Source of the DNA: an uncultured delta proteobacterium | GTDB taxonomy: Bacteria > Desulfobacterota > BSN033 > UBA1163 | NCBI GenBank assembly: GCA_963708295.1 | Contig: CAVPSJ010000014.1 | Span: 128,001 to 192,000 of the forward strand | DNA: 64,000 bases | Reading direction: 5' to 3' | In this document: piece by piece, positions 10,634 to 20,790 of the stretch | How positions within the stretch are numbered: position 1 is the stretch's first letter | How the letters are laid out: every line of letters begins with the position of its first letter | The notes under the pieces: model-generated | Told to the model about the DNA's origin: nothing | Databases searched by the model: none | The model's input: only the letters and a program-made list of their open reading frames with translations | Program-made: the position numbers and the translations under genes

Positions 10634-10679
10634 AAAACTTAGGAAGCCTGCCCAAGAAAAGCAGGCTTCCCAAGTTTTT
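10634..10679. terminator. Hairpin terminator downstream of the SDR gene (A/T tracts on both sides)
   Basis: AAAACTTAGGAAGCCTGC...GCAGGCTTCCCAAGTTTTT. Confidence 0.6.
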
Positions 10680-10719
10680 GAGAGGAACTTTGGCTTGATA
10701 AGATATCTTCAGTATTTCT

Positions 10720-11544
10720 TCATTTTAGGATCCCCCCTCTTCTGAGGGCGTCTACCATCGTTGCTCCCAGCGCGTCAACCACTGCAGTTCCAGCGTCGAT
10801 CACGAGGGCAGCTCCTGTCATGAATGAGGAATCATCGCTTGCCAGGAAAGTGCAAATTCCGCCAATCTCGGGCGGTTGTCCGAACCGTTGAAGTGGCAAA
10901 ACCTTTGATATCATGGCAAAGAAACTGTCGGTTTCCATGCCGAGCATTTTCCCGAGCTGACCAAACTCCTTCTCCGTCATTTCCGTTTTGATGCCGCCAG
11001 GGCAGATGGCATTGCAACGGATATTGTGACGGCCGTAATCGAGTGCGGCCTGCTGGGTGAGCATGATGAGGCCTGCCTTAGAGCTGCAGTAGGCCGGAAA
11101 ACCAGACAGACAGCGGAGTCCACCCACAGAAGCAATATTGATGATGGATCCCCCGCCCCCTTTGATCATATGCGGTATGGATGCTTTCATGAGGAGAAAG
11201 GGGCCGGTCAGGTTCACGTCGAACACCCTCTGCCACTCCTCGCGGGAGAGATCTGCGACGGGCACCTGCGAGGCGATCCCGGCGTTATTGACGAGCACGT
11301 CGAGCCTGCCTCCAAAGGAGACTGTCGTCTTCACCATGCGCGCCACATCGTCGTCCTTTGAGACATCTCCCGGACAAGTGGTAACGGTCCCCGAGGGGAG
11401 TGATCGGGCCACCTCGTCAAGCATTTCTTTGCGGCGGCCGGTGAGACAAACCTTTGCTCCCTCGGTGACAAATCGCTTAACGATCGCAGTGCCTATGCCT
11501 GTACCTCCTCCAGTGATCAGTGCTACCTTTCCGTTCAGTTTCAT
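10720..11544 (-). CDS. Short-chain dehydrogenase/reductase
   Basis: TGGGTGIG, NNAG, YCSSK. Confidence 0.92.
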   Translation of the reverse strand: MKLNGKVALITGGGTGIGTAIVKRFVTEGAKVCLTGRRKEMLDEVARSLPSGTVTTCPGDVSKDDDVARMVKTTVSFGGRLDVLVNNAGIASQVPVADLSREEWQRVFDVNLTGPFLLMKASIPHMIKGGGGSIINIASVGGLRCLSGFPAYCSSKAGLIMLTQQAALDYGRHNIRCNAICPGGIKTEMTEKEFGQLGKMLGMETDSFFAMISKVLPLQRFGQPPEIGGICTFLASDDSSFMTGAALVIDAGTAVVDALGATMVDALRRGGILK

Positions 11545-11603
11545 CGTCTTACCTCCTCAAAATAATTCTGTACCCATTCGCGGTCAGGGAGTCGCTCCTT
11601 CCA

Positions 11604-12896
11604 TCAGATGGTCTCCGTCCCAAAATAGTACCTTGCAAGCTCGGTTAAGCGGAGAATCGGTCCGCCCACGACGATTTGACCAATCTTAAGGTCTCTGAGA
11701 AGCTTTTCTATTTTTCCTTCCCGTGAATAACCATAGGAACCCATGAGCTCGACGCAACGGCTTACGACATCCCACCCCAACTCACCGACCATATTCTGGA
11801 CGGCACTCGCTGCCGCGAGATTTTTCTCGTCCCATGGGAAACCGTAAACATCGGGGTGATCCATGCGTGCAGCAGCGTAATAGAAGAATCCCTCAGCAGC
11901 CAGAATATTTTTGGCAATCTGCCCCAATTCATGGACGATCGCTCCGTGCTCTTTCATCGGCTTCCCCGCTATCTCCCTGTTGTCTACATAGTCCTTGAGA
12001 ACTTCATAGGCCCTTTTCATGATACCAAGGGGAAAAGCGGCGGAAATAAGGCGGCCTATGGTGATGCTTGCGATGACGGATTTCACCTCGTCTTCAGGGT
12101 TTGGCTGAGCACGGTTCTCTTTCGGAACCCTCACGTTTTCAAACCATACGTCCCCGTTTGTATCGATGGCAGCCCCCATTTTCCGGTATGGCTTGCTCGT
12201 CGACACCCCGGGGGCATCGGCCGGCACAAATATTTGAGCGATGTTTCTTGGAAAATCTTGCCCCTCCACAGCACAAAGGACTCGGAACATCTTCGCTTCC
12301 CTGTAGCCAGACGGCCACAGCTTATGGCCGTTGATCACCCATTCGTTACCTTCTAACCGGGCCCTCGTTTTGATTTGGGTGCCTTTCAGTCTTACGTCTT
12401 CCACCGATCCTCCCGCATGCGGTTCAGTGATGGCACTCGCAATGATGTAGACTTTGTTGCCGCAGAGGAGGGGCGCGATCTTCTTGAGGAGGGTCTCATT
12501 AAGTTTCGGAATGGTTATTCCTGCAACGGCCCAGGAGCTTATGAAGCCTGTACTGGCAAGGGCGTAATCACCGCGGGCAACTTCTTCAATCGTAACACCC
12601 ATCTCAACGGTTGAGGCTCCCCCCGACCCACCAAACTCTGGCGGTATAAAAGATTTTTGTAGTCCGAGATCAATCAGCAGCCTTTTCCAGATATTGTCAA
12701 CGAAAGTATGCTCCTTTCGTTCCGTCCAATCCCAATAGTCGTCGAACTCCTCCGCGTGGGGCAGGACCTCATTGTCGATGAATTTCCTCAGGGTCTTGCA
12801 ATACATCTTGGTTTCTTCTGAGATGAGATGTTCGGGTCTTAAAAAATCATCAATTCCTTTAGATTTTTCACTAGCGAATTTTGTTCCGTCTGCCAT
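11604..12896 (-). CDS. Acyl-CoA dehydrogenase-family flavoprotein (atypical)
   Basis: IPPEFGGSG, ITEPHAGG, WVINGHKLW, KMG, FENVRVP, MGSYGYSRE..IEKLLRD. Confidence 0.9.
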   Translation of the reverse strand: MADGTKFASEKSKGIDDFLRPEHLISEETKMYCKTLRKFIDNEVLPHAEEFDDYWDWTERKEHTFVDNIWKRLLIDLGLQKSFIPPEFGGSGGASTVEMGVTIEEVARGDYALASTGFISSWAVAGITIPKLNETLLKKIAPLLCGNKVYIIASAITEPHAGGSVEDVRLKGTQIKTRARLEGNEWVINGHKLWPSGYREAKMFRVLCAVEGQDFPRNIAQIFVPADAPGVSTSKPYRKMGAAIDTNGDVWFENVRVPKENRAQPNPEDEVKSVIASITIGRLISAAFPLGIMKRAYEVLKDYVDNREIAGKPMKEHGAIVHELGQIAKNILAAEGFFYYAAARMDHPDVYGFPWDEKNLAAASAVQNMVGELGWDVVSRCVELMGSYGYSREGKIEKLLRDLKIGQIVVGGPILRLTELARYYFGTETI

Positions 12897-13280
12897 CTTT
12901 AATACCTCCTTTAGAAACTATTTTTTATTCGGGACAGGTTCTTGCGATGTCGAACCGTCCAGTGATGAACTTATTCCTTTTCAATCAACTTCGTACAGGC
13001 AGCTATCATGCCCTGAGGGGAACATTTCGAGTCTTAGATCGTCCATAGATGGTTAACTGACTCAACCAAAAATTAGCGCGATTGTCAAGAAGAAAAAATT
13101 CAAAACCCAAAAGTCGTTTATCCATTTAGCCCTTTTCAACAAACGCTACGAATACCCTCTTCCCTTTCTATATCCAAAGAGTCATGAGAGCTATTTGGGT
13201 CGGAGCACAGCGTGCTTAATGCCCATCCGTGATCTGCTGAATAAGAGGCAGAGATGTCTTTACCCTTCGGGATTGCAGCC

Positions 13281-13309
13281 TTGACAAGGGTGTCTTAGTA
13301 TGATACTAA
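13281..13309 (+). promoter_or_regulatory. Putative promoter with overlapping palindromic operator
   Basis: TTGACA at 13281 and perfect inverted repeat TTAGTAT-G-ATACTAA at 13295-13309; -10 spacing ambiguous. Confidence 0.45.
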
Positions 13310-13683
13310 ACTCGAAAATCAAAGAAAAGACTATTGAATCCCGGTCCAGGAGTGAGCAAAGATTAGTGCGGCGGGGTTCTTTGTTTCGATTTAATCCCTC
13401 CTTATTGCAGCTAGCAGCAGAAGTATCTGAAAGAAAAAAGCCAAGATCCTTGCTTAATGAATCGAATGAACGTCTCTAATTTCTTTGGTGGGTGGAAATT
13501 TCCTCTGTTGAAACTGCACAAGCATCGGTTACCGGGAGAATCACCTCGGTGGCATCCATGATCCACTTCGAAAGAGGCAGCAAAACGTTCAAAGATATCG
13601 CGATGAGGGCTTGCCAACACACCTAACGTCTTTCCAGAGGAGTTTTACTCAACTCTCAAAGGGATTGTTCTCGGAGGTGCATC

Positions 13684-14710
13684 ATGCCAGAGAGATATAT
13701 ATTTTGGATTGAGGAGTTGGGGCAAGAGCATTGTGAGATTGTTGGGAAAAAGTGCGGCAACTTAGGTGAGATGGCGAAGATCGGATTACTGGTGCCCCCG
13801 GGGTTTGCACTCTCTGTGGAGGCCTATAAGGATTTTATGATTCAAACGAATGCCAGGAGGGAAATACAGAACTATCTGTCCCAGTTGAGTGGGGAGATCG
13901 AAACCATAGAACAATTCAATCAAGCCAGCAGGGATATCCGTCAGATTGTAGAATCGAAAGAGATGCCTGAGGCGATGAAGGATACGATTCTATCCTTTTA
14001 TGATGGTTTATGCCGTAGATGCGATTGTATCGTTGCGGTTTCGACGAGGTCTGCTGGGCCCGTCAGCCATCCTGGACAATATGAGACTTATCTCAATGTT
14101 AAGGGTAAAGCAGACTTATTGGAAAAGATTAAGAAGGTTTGGGCAAGCTCATTTAATCCCCGTTCTTTAGCCTTTCGGAAACGAAAAGCACTGCCCCTGG
14201 AGAACGATCCGATCGGTGTGGCCGTCCTGAAGATGGTCAATGCTCGTGCTGCCGGAGTTCTCTTCACAGCGGATCCCAATACGGGCGATACTTCTCGGAT
14301 GATCATCGAGGCAAACTGGGGGTTCGGGGAGAGTGTGGTCAGTGGTGAGTTGATGCCGGATGTCTATGTTTTGAACAAAGACACTTTAGAGATACTCGAA
14401 AAAAAACTGGGAAAGAAGTCGAAATATGTGACCTGTAAAGAATTAGGAGTAGCAGAGGAAGAGTGTCCCTGCCGATTTGAGTGCGTCCTTTTGTTTAAGA
14501 GACGAGGAAACAAAAGAGATAGGGAAATTGGGCATTTTGTTGGAGAATCACTTCGGTGTCCCGCAGGATGTAGAGTGGGCGATAGAGCGGGATTTAGAAT
14601 TACCCAAGAGCATTATACTGCTGCAGACTCGTCCGGCAGTCATCGCGCAGAAAAAGAGTCCCGTGGACCAAGTGGTTGATTTAATGCTGAACCTGTATTC
14701 AAAGGGGTGA
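13684..14710 (+). CDS. Stand-alone PEP-synthase N-terminal (PPDK_N, ATP-grasp) protein, phenylphosphate synthase beta-subunit-like; 1-nt frameshift near 14464
   Basis: VGKKCGNLGEM, VPPGFA, STRSAG..SHPGQYETYLNV, AGVLFTADPNTG, NWGFGESVVSG; continues in the 14477 frame as HFGVPQDVEWAI...LLQTRP. Confidence 0.85.
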
Positions 14711-14805
14711 TCACCGAGGATCCGGATACCATCGAGAAGGTAAAGGCGATTTTAGGTCGTGAATCCATACTCAACCCATCTCTAATATTAGAAAGGAGGG
14801 CCAAT

Positions 14806-16485
14806 ATGTTGAGGCCAGCTTATGACTTAAGTTTTTATGAATTTGACGAGGAAAACGACCCCAAGAACTATGGCGTCCTTTTGTGCGACCTGGTCCACGG
14901 CAAACCTCCGATGAAACCCCTCTACATCGGAGTCGGTTGGTATTGGTATTACCATGGCGTCCGCTATGGGGCGGAAACACTCTTTTTAACCACGACTCAT
15001 GGCTGGGATTCCAGGTTTATCAAGGGCTATCCTTATATCACCGCAATCAGAACCACGGAAACAGAGGCCAAGGCGCGTGAACCGCTCTTCAGGGAGAAGA
15101 TCAAGCCCTTTATCGAGAACTTTGATGGCGTATGGAATCCACTCAAGACCGAATTGCTGGAAATATATAAAAGAGCCAAGAATTCAAGGGGCCTTAAGGA
15201 ATGGGGAGACATAAAAAAACTGAATAACCAAGATCTCCTCTCTTTCTTTTTGGATTTTGTCTATGTCATTAATCGAAAAGAGGCCGAAACCCACTTCGTC
15301 ATGTTCATGGCTTCTTATTACATCAGTGGTTTGTTTCAACAGATGTGGCGTGACCTATTCGGAACAGAAGCTCCCATTGATCCGAATTTCAGCAAATTGA
15401 TGGCAGGATATGAAAGTCAGGACCACAGGGTCGTCAGGGAGTTGTGGCGACTTGGAAGACGCGCTGTGGAACTGGGTTTAAGAGATGTATTCGAGAACAA
15501 TGAGGAAGAGAAAGTGATTAAAGAATTAGAAAAGAGCAAAGCAGGAGCCCAATGGCTGGGTGAATACAATGGATTCTTAGTGGAACATGGCTGGAGATGT
15601 GAACGGATGCATGCCTATGATACTCCAGCCTGGATTGAAAAGCCCAGTCTGGGTGTTCGAAGAGTCAAAATACTGATGACGAAGGAAGCCTTCCCTCTCG
15701 ATGCAGAGCATGATCGGGTCGTCGCAGAGAGAAATAAGACGGAGAAGGAAGTCTTGACGAAGGTGCCGGAAGCGCAAAGAGAAGCTTTTAGAATCTTGAT
15801 GGGAGCAGCCCAGAAATCTGGCTATTGGAGCGAAGACCATACGTATTATTGCGACTTCTACATCGGTTCCATGGGGAGGTGGATTGTCACTGAATTTGGA
15901 CGCCGATTTGCTGAGGCAGGATGTATTGATCATCCGGAAGATATCCATTTTTTGCATCCGAACGAGATAAGAAAGGCTGCCATCCCCATGGGAAGAATCA
16001 ACCTTCGTCCTTATGTGGAGCCAAGAAAGAAGGCCTGGGAAGAGAATCTTACCATAGATCCACCGCCTTTTTACGGAGACATCAGCCAAGCCCAGGCCGT
16101 GTTAAGGAGCGATCCTACCCTGGCGGTATCCACCCAACTTCCCATCGTGAGAGAAGAGCTGAAGGCAGATCTCTATGGGGCCGCTGCTGCCCCCGGGCTT
16201 GTAGAAGGTGTTGCGCGCGTGATTATGAGCGCAGACCAGTTATCGGAAATCAAAGCGGGTGAGATTTTAGTAGCCCCCGGAACCTCTGCTGCCTGGACGG
16301 TGGCCTTTAGCATTATCAAGGGCCTCGTCACAGATGGCGGGGGAGCCCTCTCTCACCCTGTGATCATGGCTCGTGAGTATGGGATCCCCTGTGTTGCCGG
16401 TTGTTTCGAAGGCACTGCGAAGATCAAGACCGGCCAGAGAATAAGGGTGGATGGGAACCTGGGAGTTGTCTATATCCTGAAATAG
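14806..16485 (+). CDS. PEP-utilising enzyme with C-terminal phospho-His swivel domain, phenylphosphate synthase alpha-subunit / rifampin-phosphotransferase-like
   Basis: GEILVAPGT..AW, VTDGGGALSHPVIMAREYGIPCV, GQRIRVDG; large helical N-terminal domain; AGGAGG RBS before ATG 14806. Confidence 0.85.
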   Translation: MLRPAYDLSFYEFDEENDPKNYGVLLCDLVHGKPPMKPLYIGVGWYWYYHGVRYGAETLFLTTTHGWDSRFIKGYPYITAIRTTETEAKAREPLFREKIKPFIENFDGVWNPLKTELLEIYKRAKNSRGLKEWGDIKKLNNQDLLSFFLDFVYVINRKEAETHFVMFMASYYISGLFQQMWRDLFGTEAPIDPNFSKLMAGYESQDHRVVRELWRLGRRAVELGLRDVFENNEEEKVIKELEKSKAGAQWLGEYNGFLVEHGWRCERMHAYDTPAWIEKPSLGVRRVKILMTKEAFPLDAEHDRVVAERNKTEKEVLTKVPEAQREAFRILMGAAQKSGYWSEDHTYYCDFYIGSMGRWIVTEFGRRFAEAGCIDHPEDIHFLHPNEIRKAAIPMGRINLRPYVEPRKKAWEENLTIDPPPFYGDISQAQAVLRSDPTLAVSTQLPIVREELKADLYGAAAAPGLVEGVARVIMSADQLSEIKAGEILVAPGTSAAWTVAFSIIKGLVTDGGGALSHPVIMAREYGIPCVAGCFEGTAKIKTGQRIRVDGNLGVVYILK

Positions 16486-16555
16486 GAAAAGGGGGGCCGG
16501 GGCGGACTGGGGTGTTCTCAAGACTTTGGAGAAAACTTAATTTCTGTTACAGCAA

Positions 16556-17830
16556 ATGACGAAAAACGAGGAGAGAAGGGTGCACAAAAAATGCATCGTC
16601 GTTATCGGCACCTTGGACACCAAGGGCGAAGAGATCGGCTATTTAAAGGAACTCATCCTTAAGCGAGGGCACCGACCTTTTATCGTTGACATCGGCGCTG
16701 GAGGAAAGGCAAGACTGGAGGCAGACATACCTGCTACCGAAGTGGCCCGGGCAGCAGGCACAGAGATAGAACAGCTATGGGATTCCCGTGAAAGACAGAA
16801 CGTTACCGAGGTGATGATTAAGGGAGCAGTAAGCAAACTGGCTGCTCTTTGCCGGACGGGAGAAGTAGAAGGGGTGATTTCCATCGGTGGCATGACCAGC
16901 ACGGTGATGGCCTCCAGTATCATGCGAGAGATCCCCTATAACATTCCCAAACTCATTGTCTCCAGCGCTGCCTCCATGCCAGGCTCCAATCGCTATTTTG
17001 GTCCTACGGGGATAACTATGATGCATTCCCTGGTTGATGTCGGTGGCCTGAATAGCTTGCTTAGAGCTCAGCTAAATAGGGCAGCCGGCGCCATCTGCGG
17101 CATGGTGAATGATGAGATTTCTCAGTCCGGTCTTGAAGAACACAAGCCAATGGTCGCCATGTCTGTCTATGGATATGTGGAAAATTGTGCGCGGTACATC
17201 AACGAAGCGTTGACAGGGAAATACGAGCTTATCCGCTTCCACGCCACGGGTATGCCTGAGATCACCATGGAGAAACTCATCGAGGAAGGCGTCTTCAGCG
17301 GCGTCATCGACTTAGTGCCCTCGAGTATCACGAATGAGAAATTTAATGGCGCACGAATCTCCTGGAAAAGAAGGTTGGAGGTGGCCGGGGAAAAGGGGAT
17401 TCCTCAGGTCATCGCCCCAGCCGGAGTGAATACCATTTCCCGGGTCGGATTTACCGCTGACGAATTAGCTCCTGAGCTCAAGGTACGTAAACATTATTTT
17501 ATGGAAGAACTACGGGTAACCGTGTGGTTGAATGCGAAGGAATTAGAGAATATGGCCTCGATCTACGCTGAGAAGCTCAATAAGGCTGTGGGGCCGACGA
17601 AATTCCTCATCCCCAAACGAGGGTGGATCTCTATTGAAAAAGAAGGGGGCGATTTCTATGACCCGCAAAACATTCAGGTCTTTGTTGATAAGCTTAAGGA
17701 GAAGCTGAAGGCAGAGATTGAAGTCAGAGAGGTGGACGCCAATATTGATGACCCGATTTTTGCAAAAGCAATCGTAAATGCTTTTGAGGAAGTCATGAGT
17801 TCGAAACAAGATAGAAAAGGTAGAGAGTGA
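16556..17830 (+). CDS. Tm-1-like ATP-binding domain protein (UPF0261)
   Basis: IGTLDTKGEE, PKLIVSS, SLVDVGGLN, FHATG, IPQVIAPAG, P.RG.S, NIDDP.FA. Confidence 0.88.
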   Translation: MTKNEERRVHKKCIVVIGTLDTKGEEIGYLKELILKRGHRPFIVDIGAGGKARLEADIPATEVARAAGTEIEQLWDSRERQNVTEVMIKGAVSKLAALCRTGEVEGVISIGGMTSTVMASSIMREIPYNIPKLIVSSAASMPGSNRYFGPTGITMMHSLVDVGGLNSLLRAQLNRAAGAICGMVNDEISQSGLEEHKPMVAMSVYGYVENCARYINEALTGKYELIRFHATGMPEITMEKLIEEGVFSGVIDLVPSSITNEKFNGARISWKRRLEVAGEKGIPQVIAPAGVNTISRVGFTADELAPELKVRKHYFMEELRVTVWLNAKELENMASIYAEKLNKAVGPTKFLIPKRGWISIEKEGGDFYDPQNIQVFVDKLKEKLKAEIEVREVDANIDDPIFAKAIVNAFEEVMSSKQDRKGRE

Positions 17831-17886
17831 AGGTCGTTCCCTTAACGGGCTTTTGCCACCTGCTGGGAAGGGGCAAAGGAGATTGA

Positions 17887-18546
17887 ATGCCAAAAGATAA
17901 ACGTGGGCCTTCACGAAAGATCTCTCTTCAGACCCCTGACGACATCCTGAAGCGCGACCTAGAAACTCTCAAGCAAGAGGCTTTCGAACTGGGTGCTTCC
18001 ATGGCCGAAATTATTCCCGCCGAGTGGGTGGAGATAGACGAGAGAGTGAGGCTCAAATGTTCCGTTCCTCTGTGCCCGTATTACGACAAAAACCCTTACT
18101 GCCCGCCTCGGGGGCCTTCCTCGGACTTGATGCGAGAAGCCATTCGTCGATACACTTGGGCCCTTCTATTCGCACTCGACGTCATCCCTCCCGAGGAATT
18201 TGCTGATCACTCCATAGAACGCGAAGCCGTCATCAAATGGGGGAAAAAATGCCTTGAAATCACAAGCAGGGTTGAGACGCTCGCATTCGGCAGGGGCTAC
18301 TATCTTGCAATGGGATTGGGGCAAGCGAGTTGCTTGAAAATACTTTGTGGTCAGGAACGGTGCCTTGTTCTTGGGGGGGGTAAGTGCCCTTACCCGCTCC
18401 AGTCCCGTCCCTCGATGGAAGGTTCGGGAATCGATGTCTTTCGGCTCGTGACGAAGGTCGGATGGGAGATATATCCGATTTACAGGAGTGTTGACCCAAA
18501 AGCAGTGCCAAGGGCTTTATCTGTGGGGATCGTCTTTATCTCTTGA
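17887..18546 (+). CDS. DUF2284 Cys-rich predicted metal-binding protein
   Basis: RVRLKC...CPYY..NPYCPP, further Cys cluster, RPSMEGSGIDV. Confidence 0.8.
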   Translation: MPKDKRGPSRKISLQTPDDILKRDLETLKQEAFELGASMAEIIPAEWVEIDERVRLKCSVPLCPYYDKNPYCPPRGPSSDLMREAIRRYTWALLFALDVIPPEEFADHSIEREAVIKWGKKCLEITSRVETLAFGRGYYLAMGLGQASCLKILCGQERCLVLGGGKCPYPLQSRPSMEGSGIDVFRLVTKVGWEIYPIYRSVDPKAVPRALSVGIVFIS

Positions 18547-18623
18547 GGTACCTTTCCTACCGGTTCTTGGCAGGGAAGAAACGGATGCCTTGACAGGCTA
18601 GATACCCCAGATCGGGCGTTTCA

Positions 18624-19334
18624 ATGATTGATCAGCAAAGCCACATGATAACAGTTCAGGCCGAGCCACAGCCGATCCTTGTAGATCTTGCAAGAACAGC
18701 TTTGCTCGTCGTGGATATGCAGAATGCTTTTGCACACCCAGGAGGTTATTTCGATCTGGTGGGCTTAGACATAACCCCCATACGACGAATTATTGAACCT
18801 TGCAGAAAGATCATCGACGCTGCCCATACCCAAGGCATCAGGATCATTTATCTCCAGATGGGATGCAGTTTAGATCTCTCCGACAAGGGATCGCCTGATT
18901 CACCGAGTTCGATCAAATCCCGGGTGTTGTCTATGATGAAGGAGCACCCTGAATGGAAAGACAAGTTTTACATCTATGGCACCTGGGGGGCGGAGATCAT
19001 CGAAGAGCTGAAGCCTCTTGAAGGGGATATCGTCGTTAGAAAGCAAAAGCACGATGGGTTCATTGGAACAAACCTGGACATCATTCTAAGAACCCTCGGG
19101 GCCAAATACCTGTTCTTTGTCGGAGCAGCCACGAACATATGTGTTGAATCGACACTTAGGCATGCTTTTTCGCTGGACTATTTTCCCGTTCTTGTATCCG
19201 ACGCCGTGAGCCCAATGGGGTCAAACATCACCCAAGATGCGACCATTCTCAATGTTCAGTCGACCTTTGGATGGGTGGCGAATGCTGAAGATCTATTACG
19301 TGCAATACGCTCTATCGAGAAAGAAAGGAGGTGA
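18624..19334 (+). CDS. Isochorismatase-family cysteine amidohydrolase, RutB (ureidoacrylate amidohydrolase)-like
   Basis: VVDMQNAF..PGGYFDLVG.D, K..HDGF..T.LD.ILR, ATNICVESTLR, FGWV; closely follows the RutB pattern. Confidence 0.85.
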   Translation: MIDQQSHMITVQAEPQPILVDLARTALLVVDMQNAFAHPGGYFDLVGLDITPIRRIIEPCRKIIDAAHTQGIRIIYLQMGCSLDLSDKGSPDSPSSIKSRVLSMMKEHPEWKDKFYIYGTWGAEIIEELKPLEGDIVVRKQKHDGFIGTNLDIILRTLGAKYLFFVGAATNICVESTLRHAFSLDYFPVLVSDAVSPMGSNITQDATILNVQSTFGWVANAEDLLRAIRSIEKERR

Positions 19335-19451
19335 TCTATACGCTCGGGTGGGGGAGGTGCCGAATACATCATCGGCATCGTTCGTTTGAAAAGAAAGGAT
19401 TGCCAAACAGGAGTTCTTAAAAGGTTTTATCCTCTCGAAAGGAGGGAAAAA

Positions 19452-20675
19452 ATGAATCGCACTTTGAAATATTTTAGATTTATAGCTTGTTTAGCTTTAC
19501 TGATGGTGTTCATTCTCCCGTGTGTTGGTTATCCTCAGGCAAAGGACAAAATCCGTATCGGTAATGCCATCGCTCTCTCAGGTCCTTATGTGGCCGGGGC
19601 GGTAATGACGCAGGTAAACCCCTATGACATGTGGGTCAAGGAGGTCAATGCGAAAGGTGGAATCTTTGTTAAGGAGTATAACAAAAAATTGCCCGTGGAG
19701 ATGATCAGGTACGACGATAAAAGTGACGTCGGAACCGCCGTGAAGCTGGTCGAAAAGCTGATCTTGGATGACAAGGTTGACCTTCTGCTGCCCCCTTGGA
19801 GTACGGGGATGAACTTTGCCATCGCCCCCATTATCACCAAATACGAATACCCTGTACTCGGGGTCACGGTTGACTCCATGAAGATTAAGGAAATAGCGCC
19901 CACCATCCCCTACTTTTTTGTACACCTGAACCAGCCTCCGGTAAAGGCGGAAGCCATCGTGCCGCTGTGCAAGGAATTGGGAGTCAAGACCGCCGTGGTG
20001 ATCCATCACTCGGATTTGCACGGCATAGAGTTTGCCGGCTATGTGGCACCCCAGTTAAGCGTCAATGGAATCGACGTCGTCATGTACAAGACCTATCCAA
20101 TGGGTGCCAAGGATCTTTCCCCGCTGCTGAAAAAGATTAAGGCCGCAAAACCCGATGCGTTTTTTGCATTCTCCTACCCTGATGAAACCTTCCTTCTTGC
20201 CGGACAGTCCAAGGCGATTGGATTTAATCCAAAGCTCTTTTACACCAGTATTGGCACGGCCTTCGCAGCCTATCGGGATGCCTTTGGTGCCAAAACGGTG
20301 GAGGGTGTAATGGGCACGGGCGCCTGGAACCCGAAAGTGCCTTATCCCGGAGCGAAGGAATTCTGGGACAGGATGGTCCAGTTTGCCGGCGCAGGAAAGG
20401 TTGACTGGTACGGGAACGCCTTCTGTTACTCCTCGATGCAGGTCCTGGAGCAGGCGATAGAGAAGGCCGGGACACTTGACAGAAAGAAGATAAGGGATGT
20501 CATTGCCACCAGCACATTTCAGACAGTCATCGGCCCGGTAAGATACGAGAATCAGATTAACGTTCAATCACCCGGCGAGGTAGGACAGTGGCAGAATGGG
20601 GCATTCGAAATCGTAGCGGCTAAAGAAAAGCGGACCGCAAAACCTATCTATCCTAAACCCCCATGGCCAAAGTAG
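19452..20675 (+). CDS. LIV-type ABC transporter substrate-binding protein
   Basis: Signal peptide, IRIG..LSGPY, VNAKGGI, YDDKSD, DKVDLLLPPW. Confidence 0.9.
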   Translation: MNRTLKYFRFIACLALLMVFILPCVGYPQAKDKIRIGNAIALSGPYVAGAVMTQVNPYDMWVKEVNAKGGIFVKEYNKKLPVEMIRYDDKSDVGTAVKLVEKLILDDKVDLLLPPWSTGMNFAIAPIITKYEYPVLGVTVDSMKIKEIAPTIPYFFVHLNQPPVKAEAIVPLCKELGVKTAVVIHHSDLHGIEFAGYVAPQLSVNGIDVVMYKTYPMGAKDLSPLLKKIKAAKPDAFFAFSYPDETFLLAGQSKAIGFNPKLFYTSIGTAFAAYRDAFGAKTVEGVMGTGAWNPKVPYPGAKEFWDRMVQFAGAGKVDWYGNAFCYSSMQVLEQAIEKAGTLDRKKIRDVIATSTFQTVIGPVRYENQINVQSPGEVGQWQNGAFEIVAAKEKRTAKPIYPKPPWPK

Positions 20676-20684
20676 ACATTCCCC

Positions 20685-20727
20685 AATCCCCCCGACCCCC
20701 TTTGCTAAAAGGGGCGAGGGGGGATTT
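20685..20727. repeat. REP-like hairpin related to family A
   Basis: AATCCCCCCGACCCCCTTTGCTAAAAGGGGCGAGGGGGGATT. Confidence 0.55.
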
Positions 20728-20790
20728 ATGAGATTGTGTCTCTCCGGGCAGCCTGCAAAGTTTAGTTCCTGAAGTGAGAAAGGTATTCCT

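Noticed and set aside
13684-16485. Canonical PEP synthase or a complete phenol-degradation (pps/ppc) operon
   Set aside because: No C-terminal PEP/pyruvate-binding TIM barrel, no CBS subunit and no UbiD-family carboxylase in the window
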